Of a stretch of DNA of 64,000 nucleotides, positions 59,811-64,000 are shown piece by piece (positions within the stretch are counted from its first letter, which is position 1; the number at the start of each line of letters is the position of its first letter). The notes below the pieces were generated by a model. It made no database searches, was not told the origin of the DNA, and saw nothing but the letters and a program-made list of their open reading frames with translations. The DNA is taken from positions 32,001-96,000 of the IMG/VR virus record IMGVR_UViG_3300026484_000095, one strand, 5' to 3'. The position numbers were made by a program, and so were the translations under genes. Source of the DNA: a virus.

Positions 59811-60359
59811 ATGGCAAAGGGTAAAACAGCACCTAAGGGTAAATTTGTTAAACAAAACAATGCAGTTAAAAAATCAGAGGAAAACATCTCAGCAAAAGAT
59901 GACCTGCTAAAAAGAATCGGTGCGAGACTAGATACAACAAAAATGCAAAGTGATGTAATCTTGAATGTGGTTCTATCTTCTATTGAAGAAACTACAGTTG
60001 CAAAAGGTGCATTGAATCTAACTGGTTTTGCTAAGTTGGAGGTGGTTGATAAACCTGCTTCTGAGGGAACAATCCAATTCGGTGAGAGAAAAGGTGAAAA
60101 ATGGACTAAACCTGCTCATAAAGCCGTTAAAATCTCTAACATTTCAGCATTTTGGAATGAAATTGCAAATGACGAGCAAGAGCTTGTTGCTATTGATAGC
60201 TTGGAAAATGTTTGGGCTGAAGCTAACGAGGAAGTTGAAGATGCAGATGATATAGAAGATACTGAGGAAGAAGCAGAAGAGGAAGAAGAGGAAGCACCTG
60301 CTCCTAAAAAAGCTCCTGCTAAAAAAACACCTGCAAAAAAAGCTCCTGCTAAAAAATAG
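59811..60359 (+). CDS. HU/IHF-family DNA-binding protein with acidic tract and PAKK tail
   Basis: KDDLL..I...; LNLTGFAKLEV..KPA..G...GE...KPA.K.VK; PAPKKAPAKKTPAKKAPAKK. Confidence 0.8.
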   Translation: MAKGKTAPKGKFVKQNNAVKKSEENISAKDDLLKRIGARLDTTKMQSDVILNVVLSSIEETTVAKGALNLTGFAKLEVVDKPASEGTIQFGERKGEKWTKPAHKAVKISNISAFWNEIANDEQELVAIDSLENVWAEANEEVEDADDIEDTEEEAEEEEEEAPAPKKAPAKKTPAKKAPAKK

Positions 60360-60374
60360 GGTAGGAGGGTCAAT

Positions 60375-61490
60375 ATGTTTTATAAAGTCTTAATGTCTTA
60401 TGAACCAATAGAATATAAAGCATATAAGGAACTAGAAGATTTAGGTCTAAAAGTTCCTTATGACCCTAAAAATCCTGATATAAATGTTTATGCTTATCAA
60501 TTAGAGACTTCTAATGTTTCAATTCAAAAGATAAAATCAATAGTACCTTCATTGAGTTATGCTGTATTTGGTGGAGAAGACTCTAAGCAGTATATGTTGG
60601 CTTCTGAGTACGAAGTTAATAAAAACATTGATAAGGTGCAAATAGTTAATAAGCCTACTATTGGTGATAATGTTACTTATAGTGAATATAAAAAGCTAGT
60701 ATTTACTTTAATTAACATAGATAATGATATTGCTACAATAAAGCACGAGCTTAGAAACATAGATTTATTGCTAGATGTTCCCTTAGATGATATTGCTATA
60801 TTTAAAGGCGATTTGGTGCATTATAAGTCTATTACCTTTCCTGAATTAAATAGTAACATTTATATAGATTGTGATTATTTAGGTAGCGATTACTCAGATA
60901 TATTTTCATTGATTTTAAGATTAAAGATTATGTATCAAGGTTATAATCTGGTATTTCTAAACCCTGATATTGATTTAGCTAATTTTCTAAGTGTTCTAAA
61001 ACTATCTTCAATATATGGAAACATAGATTTATTGATACCTTATCTAAATGCAGAAGATAAATTATATACTAATAATTTCAGATATCTGAAATTTATCCCA
61101 ACTATATTAGTGAGAGAAACAAATAAATTTTATAGCTTCGTGAGTGAAGTCAATATCAATGACTTAGGATTTAAAGATATTGAATCATTCTCATTTTTCT
61201 ACTCAGTTAAAGCACTATATAACAAAGGTGTAATAGATAATGAGATAGACTTTTCTATTCTTAAAAACAAAATCAATCAATCATTGACTTTTGCTAAGGG
61301 TCTATATGGCTCGTATAAAAAAGAGATAAAAGAACTAAGTGATAAAGGGTTAGAAGTGGATGGCGAACTATTTATATCTAAAAAAGAGGGTAATATAGAT
61401 ATAGAAGAGCTTATCAAAATGTTTAACTTCTATAAGCTTCAATACTATATAGATAATTTGGAGTATTATATTTACCTTATAAAAAGCTAA
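60375..61490 (+). CDS. Putative NusG/RfaH-like (NGN+KOW) protein with extra C-terminal domain
   Basis: FYKVL...E...L..LG..V..P, AVFGG, EV, IGDNV...YK.L...(KOW-like). Confidence 0.45.
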   Translation: MFYKVLMSYEPIEYKAYKELEDLGLKVPYDPKNPDINVYAYQLETSNVSIQKIKSIVPSLSYAVFGGEDSKQYMLASEYEVNKNIDKVQIVNKPTIGDNVTYSEYKKLVFTLINIDNDIATIKHELRNIDLLLDVPLDDIAIFKGDLVHYKSITFPELNSNIYIDCDYLGSDYSDIFSLILRLKIMYQGYNLVFLNPDIDLANFLSVLKLSSIYGNIDLLIPYLNAEDKLYTNNFRYLKFIPTILVRETNKFYSFVSEVNINDLGFKDIESFSFFYSVKALYNKGVIDNEIDFSILKNKINQSLTFAKGLYGSYKKEIKELSDKGLEVDGELFISKKEGNIDIEELIKMFNFYKLQYYIDNLEYYIYLIKS

Positions 61491-61505
61491 CAGAGGTATT
61501 TATCA

Positions 61506-62183
61506 ATGGAAGAGAACAACGGGTATTGGGATTATATATCTACATTAGATAGTAAAGATATTGAAGAACCCTTAAAAGAGTTAATTAAAGACTCTTTCGT
61601 ATTTTTCAATCCCTATCTAAATGAGCTATTTTATATCGAAGCCAATTATATTTACTTAAATTATGTTTGGGATATTCCACAAGCAAAGATAGGTGACTTA
61701 TTTGGTGTTAGTCAGTATGGAGTATCTAAGAGGATTAAAAGTGGACTTAAAAAGATAAATACAATTTTTAAAAGACCTGAGAATGATAGAAATATAGTTC
61801 GCAATGATTTTGCTTCTATCTTACCAAAAGATTTAGTTGAAATATCTGTATTATATTACTTCTTAAAAACATTTAGCTTAGTTTCAAACATTGTAGATAT
61901 TAGCTACGGAAATATGCGAAATAAGATTAATTATGTCTTGCAGATATTAGAGAAGTATAAGGGCTGTAACCAACAAGAGTATAAGAAGTATTATAAGGAG
62001 TTGCTAGGTTCAAAAGCTGATGAGTTATATATCAATCTGTTAGAGGACGAGCATTTTTATAAGAATGAGTTAGTTAAGGTTGAAAGATATTATGACTATA
62101 TGAAAGAGCTAAGTGAATCTTACAATTATGGTGACTATCTTTTTAAAAGAGATGACAACAAAAGACTAGAGAGATTTGAGTAA
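61506..62183 (+). CDS. Sigma70 region 4-like HTH protein
   Basis: IYLNYVWDIPQAKIGDLFGVSQYGVSKRIKSGLKKI. Confidence 0.65.
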   Translation: MEENNGYWDYISTLDSKDIEEPLKELIKDSFVFFNPYLNELFYIEANYIYLNYVWDIPQAKIGDLFGVSQYGVSKRIKSGLKKINTIFKRPENDRNIVRNDFASILPKDLVEISVLYYFLKTFSLVSNIVDISYGNMRNKINYVLQILEKYKGCNQQEYKKYYKELLGSKADELYINLLEDEHFYKNELVKVERYYDYMKELSESYNYGDYLFKRDDNKRLERFE

Positions 62184-63181
62184 TGCTTAGTAAATTAGTT
62201 AAACAAAACACTGGTTCTATTTCTAATTTAATCAAATTGCAGATTAAAAATCCTACAAAGAGATACGATAAAATTTATATTGATATATGGTATGATAAAT
62301 ATACGATAAAATCTACATTTAGTGGTGTAGAAGATTGTGACCATAAGTACATAGACGAAAACAATAGATGTGTATGTGGTGCTTGGGTCGGTAATATAGC
62401 AAGTGAAACAGACCCTATTGAGTTCTATAAGCATATCTTTAATTTAGCTAACAATTTGTATGCTAATGAGCTTTATATAAGAACCCCTAAATACTATCCT
62501 CCTGAATACAGATATTATATATTTGAAAAGGAAATCAATCTCAACTTCAAATATGTAGAAACATATACTATATTTGATAGATTGGTAAGTTTTAATGAGA
62601 GGGGGGAAAGACTAAAACAGAAATCTTTTTATTTGATACATTTTTCAAAAAAGAAATCTCACTTGTGGAAATCTAAGGTCGTTACATATAAAGGTTTTAA
62701 TCCTTTATTTTTGTTAAACTCAAATTCGTTATGGGTTAATCCTTATTACAATGAGGTAAAATTTGATATAGATATTGAGTTTTACTTTTGTAATACAAAT
62801 GTTTTAAAAACAATAACAAATTAAAAATAGGAGTACTTTATGGGTATTATAGGAATGAAAAAGAGCAATCAAGTTGACTCAATGATGAGAATTACAGCAG
62901 GTGTTCAAACTGCTTCTAGTCAAGTGTCAAAAGAGCTATCTCTTGGGAGAGTAAGACAACACGGTGGGCAAGTTTTTAGAAATCAAGATGGATACTCAAT
63001 TAAAGGTATACCTTCTTTATCTTCACAAGCTATGCTGGATATGATTAAAAGAGATAACGGTAGTGTTCAAGTGAAATACAAAGATGAGATATTGGATAAT
63101 GACCAAATCTCTAAAACAGAAGAACCATTATGGGTTTTAGATAGAAATGGTGATACATTCAATCTAAAACGAAATTTTTAA
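62183..63181 (+). CDS. Two hypothetical genes (62183-62824, 62840-63181)
   Basis: ORFs with coupling or RBS. Confidence 0.6.
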
Positions 63182-63196
63182 GAGAGGGGTTTAAAT

Positions 63197-64000
63197 ATGT
63201 CAAATTCATTCGATAGATTACTTTCTAAAAGTAAAGGTCAGCAGGGAGCTTCTTTTGAAGCACAAACTAATGTTGAAAGACGAGGTCAAGATTTTCCTAT
63301 ATTTGCTAGTTACAATGATAATTTAGCAATGAGCACTAAGGCTAGTGCAACAGAAGTTCAAGGTGAGATAACAGTACCAGAAGCTATGGTAAATTCAATC
63401 ACTGCTCTTAGAAATCAGCCAAACATCATTAAGGCTATGTCTTTGGATATGGTGGGTAGTCTAAGCTCTTTAGCTAGTGTTTACGAAGCTACAAATAAGC
63501 ATAAAATAGATGTAGAAAGTCTATATAATACAAATGATGATTATAAGCATTTTTTAAATGCAATCGCAAGTGGTTTTGTAGTCACGGCAGGTATTGAGAA
63601 GGTTATATCTAATCCTATCAAACTGTATTTTCTTACATCTTTTGATGGTAATGTAGATATGAGTATTAAAGCAGGTTATCTGTTTATGGGAGTTTACCCA
63701 ACTATTACATCTTTTGATAGTAATTCAGTTAATAAGGTGCAATCTCTTGTAAGAACTGTAAATAATCTTGTTTCTACACAAGGTTCAGGATTAAACCTAA
63801 TGAACTTTATCATTAAAAAGGGTTTAGAGGCTAATAAAAGCACGATAAAAAATACGGATTTAGTGAGTGATAAAGTTCTTGTTAGAAATATGGATACTAA
63901 ACAGTTAGCAGAGCTTATCATAGGTAAATTTTCAAATGTAAATGACGGTATAAAGTTCGCAAAAGAGAATGGTGTAAATGATGAGAAACTTCAAAAGGTT
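63197..64000 (+). CDS. Large hypothetical protein, 3' end outside window
   Basis: GAGGGG RBS, ATG 63197 (MSNSFDRLLSK...), open to window end. Confidence 0.75.
   Translation, partial: MSNSFDRLLSKSKGQQGASFEAQTNVERRGQDFPIFASYNDNLAMSTKASATEVQGEITVPEAMVNSITALRNQPNIIKAMSLDMVGSLSSLASVYEATNKHKIDVESLYNTNDDYKHFLNAIASGFVVTAGIEKVISNPIKLYFLTSFDGNVDMSIKAGYLFMGVYPTITSFDSNSVNKVQSLVRTVNNLVSTQGSGLNLMNFIIKKGLEANKSTIKNTDLVSDKVLVRNMDTKQLAELIIGKFSNVNDGIKFAKENGVNDEKLQKV

Noticed and set aside
60028-60255. Alternate-frame + strand ORF inside the HU gene
   Set aside because: No RBS or motif; fully overlaps a well-supported gene.
237-63921. All minus-strand ORFs in the track
   Set aside because: They are short antisense shadows of + strand genes (Ser/Phe/Leu-rich mirrors of acidic or Lys-rich codons) with no recognisable motifs.

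Overview
A 64-kb segment of a large, AT-rich dsDNA bacteriophage genome. Essentially every real gene is on the + strand. About 1-10 kb is an early region of small hypothetical genes behind eight identically spaced host-type promoters (TTTAAGG...TATCAT). The rest is a replication, recombination and nucleotide-metabolism region: UvrD and Pif1/Dda helicases, SSB, endonuclease VII, RecA, SbcCD, a Cas4-like nuclease, clamp and DnaX, ThyX-like, dCMP deaminase, dTMP kinase, NrdAB, ATP-dependent ligase, dUTPase, HU and methyltransferases. NrdA/NrdB features and promoter style suggest a Campylobacterota host (inference). Most notable: (1) a phage-borne, translationally coupled HD-GYP phosphodiesterase + GGDEF cyclase pair followed by a Myb-like DNA-binding protein; (2) a RecA fractured in its P-loop by an atypically split intein (30-aa N part, 109-aa C part) with a free-standing endonuclease between the halves; (3) PolA, primase and SbcC also encoded in separate pieces; (4) related Hint-derived inserts in NrdA and a neighbouring methyltransferase; (5) a second, phage-specific promoter class (GTTAAWAA-N16-NTATAT) coupled to RBS-occluding hairpins; (6) Arg/Lys-rich terminal tags on many replication proteins alongside very acidic helix-extension-helix proteins. 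All calls come from reading motifs by eye; no database searches were run.
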